DNA of 64,000 nt from Phoronis australis. Its lineage: Eukaryota; Animalia; Phoronida. The stretch covers positions 229,707 to 293,706 of the forward strand of contig NMRA01000029.1 of assembly GCA_002633005.1 (NCBI GenBank), written 5' to 3'. This document shows, in pieces, positions 23,901 to 38,900 of the stretch. The notes beneath the pieces are model-generated. The model did not search any database and was not told the origin of the DNA. It worked only from the letters and a program-made list of their open reading frames with translations. Each line of letters starts with the position of its first letter. Within the stretch, counting starts at the first letter, position 1. A program made the translations under genes and the position numbers.

Positions 23901-26900
23901 GAGACACATTGCCGGTGGCTTTCAATATTTTAGTTGGGCCTGTGAAATGGAATGTGTGAAATAACCGAAATGTTTGTAAAATCGCGAAAACCAGCATGAG
24001 CTCCTATGTATATCATCAATAATCTGGACATTCTGTTTCGCCAAAAGGGAGTAGTTGGCAACTGTGTGTTCAAAGAGTAGGTGTTAACCCTTAACTGCAT
24101 ACATGAGCTTCAGATGTCAGTTTCAAGGCACACAATACAATGCCTGCCTGCATGACCATCCTAGTCTTTGGCTCTTTGGGGGTAATGAAGTTGTCTCTCG
24201 TGTAAAATGAGGGTGAAATCTCTACACATTGGTATTCACCATGTGGCGCTGATGAAAAAAATGTATTTGCGTAGAATTAGAAGAATAATTAAGCTGTTAT
24301 GGGTGTTATGGGGGGGGGGNTGGAGCATAAGGAAAGCTAATGGTATTTTTAGCTCAGAGTTGTACGCTAAATTGCAATGTTCTTGGCATACTCTTCACAG
24401 AAGTTTTGTCTAGATGGGCAGTGCCGCTAGTGCAAGTTGCCCTAGAATACTCTGATGCAGTAGACTGGCACAATGTGGACACAAGGAAGTAATGAGCAGC
24501 AACCGGCTGGCCTAGCTCGAGGGCACTGTCTTTGTGTACGTGTGATGGACTTACTTCTGTCTTGACACTGCAGGGCCCTCAATGCCTCGATTTTGGGGCT
24601 GAATACTTTCTCTATTCCTCTCTGAAAAATATTGAGAAATCATGCAAAATTACCCATCATGATGCCCCAAAATTCCCCTCAAGTGATTGAATAATTCCCC
24701 TCGAGGTTCAAATCACTTGTAACTCACACAGGGCATGTCACATGGTGGGCTTGCTATTGATGGTGATTGGGAGGTAGAATTTTCACCTCTCCCTGAAATA
24801 TTCCCCTCTTAGAAGACGCAGGCACCTTTCTGCTCGGATGAATGAGGGCCTTGCACTGGTTGCAAGTTTGCCGTGCTTCTATGTTAACCCGCGTTTGGTC
24901 TTCTGCCTATCACAACAAAGCTTAAATAAGGGGTTTTATTGCAAATCACTGTTTTAAACCTGTATTAGAGTTGTTATGAGCAAGAGTAACATCGATTTTT
25001 ATGTGAAATAAAAAAGTGCTTTTGTAAATCCATTCCCATGACTCAATCATGCATTAACGCTATGATTAATTACCTAGACAGCCGTGGACAAAAAGGTATG
25101 TTGACTGCTGTGTGACTTTTATTGACTTATAGGTTTTAGTTGGAAGTGAAATTATGATTTTACCCCTTTGAGCTTTGGAGCTTTGTGGTTTGTTGGGTGA
25201 TCTAGTTTATCATCTAGGTTAAGTCTGAGATTTCCTGGAGCAGCTGGCGCAGACTCTTGATTACCCTTAAGGAATTTTGCACAGATTTCTTAATGGTTTG
25301 TGCAGTGTGTGAGATTGATTGGTGGAATGCCATAGTGGCTGATTTAGTTCACACGGTCTTAAGATTGCTCCATTGTCATCTGAGCCGTGTACTTGAGTAT
25401 GACTGTAAAATTTCACCAATTTAGGGTCACGCTAGCGGAAGACTAGCAAAATGCATTTTGTCAATTTTTCATAGAAGATAAAGAGTACCTCATTGATGCA
25501 AAATCACTTTCAAGTTTTTCTCTGTACCTGTAACTGTCCTGTAATATTTTGAAGAGTTTTTTGGGATTCTACGTATGGTAAGAAACCCTTATAAATGAAA
25601 AAATTGACAGCTATTTTTGTCCTGGGTTGCTGAGATTTTACTTTTGTACAGAATTGCCATGCAGTTTTTCTTAAGAAACGGTTGAAATGCTGAAGACAAC
25701 AGATGGTGCTGTCTGTCACTATGTAAAATGTGGTAAAACCTTTAACAGACATGGAAAAAGTCATTCTATGGCAGTTGGCTGTTAACATTTTCATGAATGT
25801 CATAAATGAACCTCTTTGTTCCATAAGTACATTTCATCTTGAACAGTTGTCATCAATAATTTTTCTTTGTGATTTAAGTTTGTTCCTTTCCAGGAATACA
25901 ACAGGGTTTAAGAGTTCAAAAAGTAATTATTGATGGGGTGTTTATAAATAACCAGTCTGGAAAAATTAGCAATTGGTGACAAAAACACCACAGACACCAT
26001 GTCAAACATGCACACAGCTAAATCAAGTCTGCATTTGGAAAAATTGTTATTTATTTTCCCTAAGTTGGTACAGCTCTAGTTAGTACTATACAACTATCAC
26101 AAAGTTCATGAAGTCATAGGCATTAATAGTGATTATATTTAGCTTCGCTAAATTTAAAATATGGCTATTTTATCAAATGTTTCTATTCCAAGTTGAAGAA
26201 ATTTGGCCATAGATGTGAATAAAAGCTGTCTGTTAAGATTTGTGTTGAGGGGGAGGTGTAAAGTACAACCAGTCGCTGGCCTGTTAAGACACATATCTTG
26301 AGCAAAAGCAGTTATACACCATATCATTGAAATTGCTTGGGTTATTGAAGTTCACTCTTTTGTATTGGTCACCCCTGTTGCTCAGTGAATATGGTGAATG
26401 TGGCATGGCTTACACAACACAATAGCAACTGTTACTAGACCTTTAAAAAGCCTTCTATACTGTTCAGCTTCAATGCTTAGATACTTCTTTTATGAACTGT
26501 AAACATTTGTCAAAGGGATTTTTGTGAATAGGTCAACTGTGTTTTATTATTTTTCTAACTGTATCTGAATGAAGTTGACACTAGGCCTTTTGAAATCGCA
26601 AAGTGTTTAGGTGAAATTTAGATTGAGTGTGGCATCACTGCTGTCTGCCATGTAGATTTATTATACAATGAGCATCCTATTAGTTTTAAACTAAATAGTT
26701 GTGTAAACATGTTTAATCTTTAGATGAAAGCATTTAGCCTAATGTTTCTAAAAGGTTGAAAATGGCAGTGTTTGGTTGTTATTTGATTTGTAAGGGTTAC
26801 TTGCCTACCTTCCCCTCTCATTCCGAAGTTGTTAATATAAATCAACTTGTAAACCTTCCTTCCTATGTGGCGTTTAGTACACTGTGTCTTTCACTGGTAA

Positions 26901-29900
26901 TGCATTGATTTTTAGTGTACTGTTTTCCTTTATGTGGTGTCCTTAACATACTTAAATTCCTTGGTATCTCCAAGACTATTGTTGGCAAGCTCAGGGCAAT
27001 AACCCACCTGCTAGTTTTGTTATCTGAGAGCTTACCGTAATTTTTCCTCTATGAAGAGCACGATATGGCCGACAAGTGAAATTTTATTTTATAGATTGTC
27101 TTCACAAAAACAAAAATTATTTTTTTTTTGTTGATCTCTGGCATGAGTTGTGTAAATGTCATAAAATAACATTTGCAATGTTACCATTGTTTGCAGCAAG
27201 GTAATCAACCTTTGACAAATGGAAAATGTCAATTTTGGGAATTGTTTTTGTGCGAAATAAGTGAAAAACTATATGTAGTTAATCTAAGGGTTGGGTACAT
27301 GAACAGATCTATTACATTTTCCTCAGTTGCTGCGAGTTGGCGTTTCTTGTTGGTTACATGATGTTACCTTAGCAACATTTTTGTTGAAAGTGCTAGCATG
27401 AAGCTATGACAAACGAAGGCCCTTACTCTGTTATGAGAATGTCTGAAGCCATCTTATCAGCTTGATGAAATGAACTAGGGATGGTGGGAACTGTGAAACT
27501 TAGGCCTTAAACATATGTTAGATGCTATCCACAATATGTGTAGTCTGTTACTGTTTAGTTTTTGTCCCTCTATGAGATCGTACTAAGAACAGAGCCTTTA
27601 GTGTTGTATTAGTATTATTTTTTATATTTTTGTTTTGAAAAAATTCTGTCTGGTATGCGTCTTTTATGAATTTAAACCTGGGACCTATTGCACAATGATG
27701 ATTTTAGTTGTGAATTTGTGAATCGTTAGTGTTATTCAAGCACTGTCCATAAATATCCCACAGAAATTTGAAGTGCTTTGTGACTGAACGAAATTCCCAG
27801 TAGGCCTACTTATGTCTGTGTGTTGAAGTTATAATCCAATGGCACATAACTCTTTTCAGGTTAAATATTAATAGATGACAAACTTGGACAAAAACCTGCA
27901 ATATTTTTAGGATCACACTTCCAACTGCTTGAAATCCACTGTCTTACGCTAATCCTTGTTGATCGTAAAATGATTTTTTAGTTTATTATCGTTGCTTTCT
28001 GATCCCATCACCCAGTAATGTTCAGGAATTGTCTATTAATGTGGTGTTATTCACTCCATAGAATTATCTAACTCCCCTGGATTTTTTTGTTTTCTGTTTA
28101 CCCCCTGTTGCTAGGATTGACTGATAAAAAGTGTGTTCTGGGATGTGTACCCCTGTGATAAAATCTGTTCGCTTTTTGAAGGTGGTCGGTTTAACTTAGA
28201 TGTTAGCTGTGTTAACTCTCCACATGTAGGTTCTGGCCCTCGTGTTGGAAGAATGGAAAGGCTCCCTCCATCCTTCAAACTTATCGCCCGTGTATCAGTT
28301 TGATAAGAATCGGTGATTTAACTGGCCTCCTGGGATAACAGTTTTTTGTGTTTCTACTTAAGCTATGTTTGTTTCCTTTTACAAATGAGTCTGGTGCAAG
28401 TATGTAAATATTTAAGTTCTCGCACTTCATATTTTCTCTAGTTAAGTGTCATTGTATGATATGAATTTTATCATGTGCACCATTAGATAAATCTTCACCC
28501 CAGTAATGCTAGTGTGTTTTCTTGAGTAGTCAGCTTTCGAATGCATCTCGGGTCTTTCATTGGGTCACTAAGTGCAAAAGCTGTACTACCGTAAAGTCAT
28601 TTTTGTCAAGAAAATATCAGAACACTGATTGGTAGCTGTTACTACGATGACAAAAAATAGAAAGGATGGCCCTATTGGTAATTGTTTTTGTTTGAAATAG
28701 CTTAAAATTTTCTCAACTTTCACAAGTAACTTTGTCCTTTTGATCTAAACCAATAAATATCTTTGACTAAATACAAACTTAAGGTAATAGCTGAATATCA
28801 AGATGGGATGGTGTATTGAAGAGCTGACCATCCATTAGTCATTTAAGCAGTTGGCTAATTAGATCCATGTTTAACTAGATAAAGCGTTCATTCAAAGTTA
28901 CAGACCAAGTGACTCTACTGTGGTAAAAATAGGGGCCATTTAAATAATGAAAATTTAAGATTTTTTTGCAATTAATTCAAGGAGAAAAAATGATTGTTAA
29001 TGAAGATATTCGCAGAGGTCTGATAGTACTGCAGCGGCATGAAATTCCATGTCATTTTTTAGTCTTAAGGTGGGTAATAGTCCGATATGATGTGCCCACC
29101 TTTTGAGAACCAGTTTTCTCTACTGAATGATAGGCATAAAACTGGTTCTCAAAATGTGGGCACATTATATCTGACTTGCCCCAATTTCACGAAGTCTGTG
29201 TTCTGTCTTGAACATTTTATAGGTGGTCCAAGAATATTTTCCTATTCCTGTTTTGCTGTGGACAAGGTTGGTGGCCCGAAACTGACAGGGGCTAAGTCTT
29301 GAAACTCTTAACGCAATTGATCAAACCAAACCGAAATGGGTGGCGGCAGAATAATTGGCTAAAACTTATGTAAAGCAATTGACTGAAAACGTGTTGTCAT
29401 CAGTGAAGAATGAGAAGGAATTGGTCAGTGTCTTATTTTTTGCACTACAAACACGCAAGCTGCAATGATACAAAGCATTGTCTAATTCAAGTGGTTTTCA
29501 TTGAGAACGAAAATTGGCTAGCATTCTTGTAGTTATCTTATCTTTGAACATTTTTCTTGCTGGCGTTTTCACATATAGAAGAAGAGATTAATAAGGAACT
29601 TGAAATTCCGGCACTAGGTGTCGCGAAGACGCAAGGGTCTTCCCATGGAAATCGTCCCGTATTCTGGCTAGTCATTTAGGTGTGGGCCCTTTATCACACA
29701 TTTTTAATTCTAGAAATTGCTTTGAAAATTCTTGGCAAACAAATGAAATTTGTTATGCACGTTTCTCCTTAAAGATCGGTAATAGTTAAAGAAAATTTAC
29801 TTTCCATGGTGCAAGATTCAGCATGAGCAGCGATATAGTAAGCCTCTGAAAAGTAGGAAAACAACAATGATAGCATTTATTTTTGTGACAGACCCAAATT

Positions 29901-32900
29901 TGAAGAATTTGTACTGTAGCACCCTAGTTTGCTACTATGGTATGTACATGTATACTATTAGTAGGACTTTTATTACTTAACTGTTCATGTTTGACTGCCA
30001 TTCAGTATCAAACATATTTTCTCACATGTTATCTGTATATCCAGCCAGTGATCTGGCTTCATCAAAAGGTCAATACATCCCATGTCAACATGAGCTGCCA
30101 TCTCTAATTGGATTACAGCACAGCTCTGCAGAAGGGTAGTGGGCACAGTGACTGGCATTCCTGTAGCAGCAGTCATGAAATTCATCTTGCACAAGGTTGA
30201 TTGCAGGGTTGAGGAACAATGTGATGGCTAGACCTATAAATACTGGGGCTGGTCTAGGGCAAGTGATTTTAGGTCCACACTCTTCATCAGATCCCAGGTG
30301 TTACAGAATTTAAAGGTCTTGTCCAAACTGATTTTGGATGGAGCCAGTGTGTTGTGTCTACATTAGGTGGAGATCTAATCCTTTAACCAGACTTGTGAAA
30401 ATTCTCTATAATCAAGGCTAAGAAACATAGTGTGCTAGTGGGTATAATATCCACATTTTCTGGTGGCCAATCACATGGTTGCTTTAAATAAAATTTCACG
30501 TGATGTGACTGGTTCATTTTTTAGTCCTAAGTAAATGCAGTTGATGATCTCCATCTTCAAATTGAGCTTAGCAAGTCTGGTCAAGATGGGTTTGCTGTAT
30601 TTTTAAATGTTGTCTTTTCACTAGAGGACAAGCTGTAGGAACTGTTACAGTAGGCATACACACTCTATATAGACTTATCTATTATGAATGAAACATTAGG
30701 AGTGATAACACTGTAGCTTAAGGTGGTTTACTGTGATGTTGTGTGGCAGGGGGTCTATATATGCTGCTTTTTCAGATATGCGTATAGCAAATCATCCGAG
30801 TACCTGAGCCATATGAAGTGGGGCATTCAGGGCTTTTAGGCAATTGCCCCAAATATTTCAGAGGCGAGAGGTGACATTGGCAGGGACAGGAGCAGACATT
30901 CAAATATGCTTGTTCCCCAATAATTTGTTTCTTTGCTTCTGCTGATGTCCAAGTTTTTGTGCCCACGTGGGTACATTGCCATCATTGAACATTGGAGGCA
31001 GGCTAGTCAGGGGGTCACTCAGTCACTAGTCGTTAAGACCCACGGCAGTAGTGAAACCAGGGCTGTATTCCATAGGCCCAAGGCATTGCCATGTGCCAGA
31101 AATCTTCGTTTGCGGAACTGAAGCAGTGATGAACTCGATCCCATAAGTTATGGATTGTGTCCCTTCAATATTCTAACCTCACCCGGACCCGCCAATCCCT
31201 TCTTTTGCCGCTGTCATGCTAGCTGAGTCTCGAGCATTCGCGCAAAACACTCGATTTTTCAATCACGTGATCTTAAATTGCGTGATCTCGCTTTACTTGG
31301 ATGAAGGGGACGCTTCCGTGCTTGCTTTTAGGTGGTCTTCATGAGGTGTGCAGTGGACTTGCATAATAATAGCACAAGAGATGTGCCGTGGGCTTGCATA
31401 AAACATAGTGCAGGTGCTTTGATGTATATTGCATCATAGTGGCAGTGTGAATGATCGTGTGGAAGTGAAGGGGGCACTCTAAACATTTCAGTAGAGAGTA
31501 ATAGTGAGCTAACTTTGTCTTGTGGTCAATGTGTCTGTGAATGAATGCTTTACAGAGAGCTGTGTGTTCGTCTTGTTGTATAAACCACCGGTGGAACAAG
31601 GAATCTGTTAATTTCGGTAGCTGTTGGACATTTCTCTGATCTTTAACACCGAACAAAGCCCATATTGCGCTCGTGTTTCTTGTCCCCGTAGTAGTAAGCA
31701 ACTCTGTTGTCAAATGTCAAAATGCCCTGTTACAGTTGGCAGTGCGGTGGCGGTGGCGGTGTTGGACCCTACTTCTTACATTATATTCCATGATCTAGTT
31801 TGCATGTTTGTACGTTACTACGCTCATAGCGACTATAAACCTTCGTTTCATCAAGAAAGTCGACGTTTGATTTAGTCCACTTATCGTTACAAAATTGAGT
31901 CTCAAATTGTTCCTTGTTGAATTTGGAGAGGATTTCAAGGCTTAGACAGAACTGACAGTTATTGCTTGAGGTCAGGCTCACCTTGACAAGTTTTGGCTTG
32001 TCATGGTGTGTCATGAGACCAGCGTCTACGAATTTAACAAATTGTCAGTTTTTGGTAAGCCCAGAAATCATCTCATTTGAATGAGGAACAGGTTTAGACC
32101 AATGCTATTGTCATAAGTGGTCCAAATCATAAGTTCGTTTTTTGGAAAAAAACGCCGGATTATAGCCAGTGTGTCTTCGCTATTAGTTTTATGTTGCATG
32201 TCTGCTACGTCTAACCCGACATTCTCTTGCAGTAACTCAGTCAAGTCCAAGTCGACTAAGCCAGGAGGCGAGTCGAAGAATGGGTCCAAGGCAGCCGAAA
32301 GGTATTGCAGACTCACCCAGCACTAACCCTCTCTTTGTCTCTCACTTGCTCCCTCTGGTGTTGGAGTTAATCACTGTGACTGTTGTTGTTAGACATCTTT
32401 TTTTGGCTCCCGTGCTCTGGAGGGAGATTCCTTCTAAGTGTTGGAATAATCACTGTGCCTTTAACACATAGTTCTTCACTAGCTCTCTACAGTGGAATCG
32501 ACCATTGTGCTTGGTGGCTGTTGTGAAATAATGAATACTGTCTGATTTGTTTGATTGATTGATTAACAATTAATTTCTGTTGAGTCAATTGACTTCACAT
32601 GATGGTGGTAGTTAACTCCTGTAGTTAATAACTGTTTTCTGTGCTTCTTTTACTATCTTTGGACTTAATGAGGAGACATATTCTCACGAGACGCTCTTAA
32701 TGCTGCTATCGTTTTAATTGCATACTTACTGTTTAAAGCTTAAATCTTTAGGTTTATGTAGTACAGTACACCTTCTCTTAGACCGTGTTTTAGAAATAAC
32801 TGCATTGGCAGTTTTATTTTTGATATTTGCATTTACACACAACTTGAGAAGATGGAAATTTCATTACATCTCCATTTAGACCGTCTGTCATACACCTCCC

Positions 32901-35900
32901 ATTCAAATGCTTAGGTTGGGGAAAATTCCAGTTTCAATTTCTTTCTGTAATTTGTCAGATATCATAAACTAGATATGTTCCTAGCATTGTTCATTCATCA
33001 AATGCACAGAAATTTGTTGGCAGCCACGTTTCCCATGGCCAATGTAATCAAGTTTAGAGTCCTATTGTAATTCTCCACCTATGAACGAAATTATAGTGGA
33101 TGAGTGAAATTTCATTTTCGTCAAAATTCTCATGCAAAATGCAATTATGATTGGTTTGCACTTTGTACATGTGTCTCAAAACAAAATTTGGTGAAATTCT
33201 CAAAATGTAAGCCTTTCAAAAAAAATGACAATTTCATTATCCTTTTTGTGCAGTATAAGAGAACAACTGCCGTAGTCTATGCATATGGTACACACCTTAT
33301 TCGCTGGTGGTCGTAAGTTATATAGGAATAGTCTTCAGGTTAAGGAACACAGTCAGGTCTTGGTCTTTATTCAAGACAAAAAGTGGCGTACTTTACACCA
33401 TCAATATGTCTCTAGTCTTGAACACATCATTAAGGTTATGCAGGACCCTAGAAAACCATCCAAATTTTGCCAAATTCAGAAAGTCGTATCTCAGAAAAAG
33501 CTGATTAGATTCACAGTAAACTTTCAAATAGTGTGATTCGTGCACAGCTCTCAAATCCAATGGTAGGAATTGTTTTTAAAATGTTCCACTTTTGCGTGAG
33601 GGACTATCAAAAATAGGACTTTTTTGATTTTCATGAAGAAAATGCTCAAGTTGTATAAATAATATTTTAGAAAATTGTCATTAACAACGTTTTTTGAGAT
33701 CTCATGTTGAACATTCATATCAAGTAGAATTCCATCCTGTTCTTGTGGAACGTTTTACTAAAAATAGGTGGTCATGTCACCCAATGGATGACAGATTGGT
33801 TGTCAAAAATCTAATCTTAGTCTTTTAGAAAACCTACACATAGTTAGATATTTTGAGAAATACCCGAATTTGGCAATAAGGATTTACATAACATAGTCTT
33901 AATGCCTAAAGTCGAGTTCCCCAATTTTAGCACCCTTTGCGAATAGGAATTTATCAACAACAGTGCACTTTTCTGCGCTAACTTCCAAATTCCTGTTGGA
34001 AGCACATAATGACCCAAATCAGAGGATTAAATTGATTATTTATCTTTATGTAGTTGGCTGTAAATAATGCAAGGCTTAGGATCTCAGTACTTATGTTTCC
34101 ATTGTGCAGATGTGTAGTTTTAAAGATTTGTTTATTAGTAATTGCCAGGAGAGACTAATTTAGCAATAGGTATGTGATGGGAACTTGATTATTCATAGAT
34201 AGCAAGATAGCATTATTTCTGCTGTCTTGAATAATTTCGATCTGTCCTAATTTATGTAATCCCTATAAACATGGGCTTCTATTGATCTGTTAGTTTATCT
34301 CACCAGTTTGTCATCTGGTTACCAGTGATAGTACAAGAAATTTGTTCTCAGCTCATCAGAAGCAGGGGAGCTTATCTCACGGTCATACAATTTATCTTTT
34401 AAGATTTCCCAAGCAAATGCCGTAATTTATAAAAAATCCTTATGTTCCAAACTATTAACTTTTTATTTCATGTAAAACTCTGTAAAGGTAGTACTTACAT
34501 TGTCAGTTTCTGTAAACTGAGGCACTATCAAGGCCTTACTACGCGCCTTAGCTCAACTGAGGGGAATGGAGCTTGGGCCTAAGATCTGAGAGGCATCACC
34601 ACAATTAGCAATCATTTTTTCCCTGTTTTCGAAACAGTTCTGAAAAGTTCCTTGGTGTGACAGTGTGCGTAGGGGTTTCTGGGTTTCCACTTTGCCAGTT
34701 GATTCAAAGAGAACAGACACACACAATTTGTCTCCAGGCATTTGGTCAGCAGTGATAAGTGTGTGTGCCACTTGCCCTGTTTACCCTGTCAACAAACTTT
34801 TGATGGATTTGTTTGCCCTGTTTAGTGTTCCCCAATCTATTTATTGACTCCTGTGGCCTACCTCTAACTCTCACAGCCAAACCTGTACTGTTGTGGATAC
34901 AGCCTTCCACCAAGTCTATTGTGAAGTCTGATCATACCACAGCCATTCCCCAGCAACTAAAGTTTGTTGATGAACTCTAATGAGCCAATACAAAAGGTGG
35001 CAACCTGAGGGGTGACTCATAATGATAATGAAAATACACAATAATACTGGCATTGGTTCCTTTTGTTGCTTGTCCATTGTTAGCTGTGCTAGATATAATG
35101 TTCCTCTCGCCCACATGTTTGATTGAAGATTTTTTTTAAGTCATTTTTTGCTACGTACTGCTAGATCATGATCGCAGATAGCAGTTTTGCTTTTTATTTA
35201 GTACCACCTCAAATAACGTTCGAAACTAGAGAGACCACTTCAGTGACCCTTTTATGAGTAGCGAAAACTGGGTAGAGTTCAGTAACGCTAGGACCAACAA
35301 TTAAACCTCACGAAAATCTAGCCAAAATCATGTGTTCTCATTTAAAATACAATATCTCACATAATCTGGCGAAGTCTTGCTTTTTAGGGAGGTCCTAGCG
35401 TTACTGAACTCTACCTTGGTGTGTGCTCATACAGCCTAGATCTATAGGATTCAAGTCCTCCAATCCAATCAAGGATGTGTCACAACGAATCATCCTACCC
35501 AGACTTGTAATTGTCTCTGGTTAGATATTACATGTTTACTCGTATCTATAATTAATCGAACTTCAGATGGTTTGAAGTACTTCAACGATGTAGTGATCTC
35601 TACAGTTTGTATAGCTACCGTCTGCTCTTTTACTGCTTTGGATGACCATTTTCCCACAACTCTTTGTGGGTATGACGTAAAAAAAGGCTTGCAGCAGCGC
35701 TCGTATTTCCAAATTTGCACTTGTTAAAACTGGCCAAAACACAGAACGACGCTGCAGTGTTAGAAAAAGTGTTAACACTACTGGTCACATTATATTAACA
35801 CTATATCACTAATTTTCAGAATTTTTTACTTTTGCCGTTAAAATGGTCCTGTTTTTGAGTACACCATAGTTTCATTATCCGTCAAAATGGATTTTAAAAG

Positions 35901-38900
35901 TCTTCTTGATTTTTTGCAGTTTGACATGAAACTGACACCAACGAATTTTGTCAGCAGTCAAACTGAGGCAAATCCTGACTAATGGATTTCTATGTATCAG
36001 TAACTGGGAAAGAAAACAGTCTTTGTTTGTTCTTGGCAAAAGACAACCTCTTTAAAAGTTCATTTGGAAGGGGTAATGTTCACCTCAGTTTTCTAGGAAT
36101 TGTTTAGTTGCACTTTGCAGGCCCAGCCGTTGTCAAAAAAGCCATGCGTACTGTTTTCTGTGGAAAATTCCAACCTGGAAGGCAAACTTATGTTTGTTTA
36201 TCATTTTGACAAGTTCAAGGTCACCAGGGAAGTTGGGTTTTATGTCACAAAATAGCTTCATTTGTCATCCCTCATTCAGGGTGTGGTCAAGGGTCTGAGT
36301 GCAGTAAACACAGGCAACACCCACCAACTTCATGAAGTTGCTTGTTCTGCTAATTTACTTCACCACTGATTCATGGTCATTGATTATTTCCCAAGCCTGG
36401 TGCTGTTAATTGCCCCAGGCATTGCTTACCAAGTTACAGTATGTGGCTAGGAGATGAAGTAAAATGTCTGATATGCGGTTGAGGTACCGTCTTAATCATT
36501 TATTGCAGGGTCTGGTGCCCCATTCACAAACTGTCTAAAAGGGTAGTATTTTCGCCAGAACCTAGTACTAAATTTATGACTTTGTAGGGGTCTCTGCTCA
36601 ACACTTCATCACTTGTCCTCAAAACTAAAATTTTAACAATTACCTGCTCAACAATACAGGGGTGCCTAGTGGTGACTACAGTCTAGCATTGTTATGAGGC
36701 AGTTTGGTTCTGGGATGAGGAATAGAATTGCGCAGTCACGTGATATTTCAATATTTTCGCCACCACGGGGGTATAAATTGGTGCATGGTGAAAACTTTTT
36801 TTCCACTGCATGCTTTGAGTGTTGAGAATGATTAACGTTGGCCAGGTTCAAAGCTTGGAAATTTAAAGCGATACCAATAATAATGCTTTAATTACTATTA
36901 TTTTTAAGTTTTGTTCCGAATTCTATTCGACTGAGTAAAAAACATCAAAATGGCGTCAGTTTGGTAAAAATGCATTATTTCAGCGTTCAAATTGGGGAAC
37001 GTTTTTACAACAGTTTTGCTGATGGATGCACCATTCATAATAAACACATTTCATTTGTGTATAATAGAGTGGTTAATTTGATTGCAAGCTTTTTGAAATT
37101 GTGCCTTTTGTACTTTATTCTCTGTCGATGTTGATCCCCATAATTTACTGTGTGAAAGTGGCCTATTTTTGGGCGATCTGACGAGGACATTCAGTGTAGG
37201 ATATTCCTGTCAACTTTGAACTATGATTATTTGACTGAAATCTTTTCCAGCTATATGTATCATACTCAATAATTTTTTTACACAAACATGAATGTTTGTC
37301 TTAGAACAGAAATGGTTTCCTGGTCTATTTAGAAGGACCAGCATGTATCAAATGGACTTAGGGCAGATGATTGTTATCAGATAATTGTTTAAGAGCAGGA
37401 TGAGATATACCTTAAAACAACCTTTATTTAACTTGGGTTTATGTACAGGACAGTCAATATTATAGATCTTAAGAGGACTGTAGTTAACATACTAAAACAA
37501 ACAAATAAAATCAGATCTGGGGTGTTTGATCTCTGTACATGAAAATTGACCCAAGTTGCACGACTTGCGTCGATACGATCTAATACGATACATTTATTTC
37601 CAAATATGTGATAAGTACAGACCAAAGAGCGTATACGTCAGAGTAATAGTATTTGGAAAAGGAGGCCAGAGAAGTGTTGAGAACGATTAAGATTGCATAT
37701 TTTTTGTTCGAATCTCAAGATTTGATACAGATTCAACTTGACCCACATTACGAGTTCTTAGATTACAACCTGAACCCTAAAATTATGTATAGTATGGTAT
37801 ATGCAGTTCTTTAATAAACTCTTTAGTTTTTGATGCAGATGTATGAATTCCATCATCAGTGCATACACTTCAAGGTTTATAAAAAATTAGAACAGCTGCA
37901 CTTAAAAGTGTGAATTATCTTACAATTGGGTACGGTAAGATCTCACGAATTTCGGACTTAATAATTGCCAAAATTAAATCTTTTTACATTTTTCAAAGGC
38001 TTCTGACATTATTTCAAGTGCCCACAACTCACAATCACCATCTGATGATAACTGTAGTATACGTCTTTGGTTGGATTTTTTATAAAAACGGAACTAATTT
38101 CTCACTTGTAAACTGCGAACACTTTATTCATTAAAGCTTTTTGAACTTCATTAATCCAGCATATTGGTTTGTAGCAAAACAACAATTATCTTCATATAGT
38201 GACCACCTGTACTGGGCAAATACTAGTGATTTATTGGGCTTCATGAAAAGGCATATTCCAGCCCTAAATCTCTTTTTTAACAGAGTTAACATTATTGACA
38301 GATGGCAGCTTCTATAGATCAGTAAGGTGTTAAAACTGAGCTCAAATTGTTCCTCCTTGGATAAGGAAGGACTTAAAAAGAACTGGCATTTCGTTATTGT
38401 TTGAGACAATGCTTGTGGTTTGGAATGACTTGTGGGGTCAACACATCTTATTGATCTGGTTGTCTAGCATTAGCGAACTCATTCCTAAGCTCAGAAATTG
38501 ATTCTAATCTAAGAAAAGATTTATAAATTAACTTCTTGAGGCCAATTTCTTAACAATGAGTGGTCTAAATCAAAAGTTTCTTTTCTTGACAGAAGGCAGT
38601 TACACCTTCCAAATTATGTTACAGTTAGTTTCTAGCATCCTCACATCATTAATTTTGAGTTGGACTCCATTACCCCATTAGTCAATTGTCGATTTGTCAT
38701 TTGCGCTTGCCTGAGGCTAGTTCAGGTAGTCCCCCATACATGTATCAGATTTTCTATCGACTATCTATTATGGTTGCCAATAGTTCTGTTTACAAATATT
38801 GTCCAAGTGCTGTGGTAATAACTTGCGGAAATTTATCTTCTAGTTCAGGTATTAATAACGGCACTATTGATTTTACCTTGCGTCATAGGGCTCCCTACTG

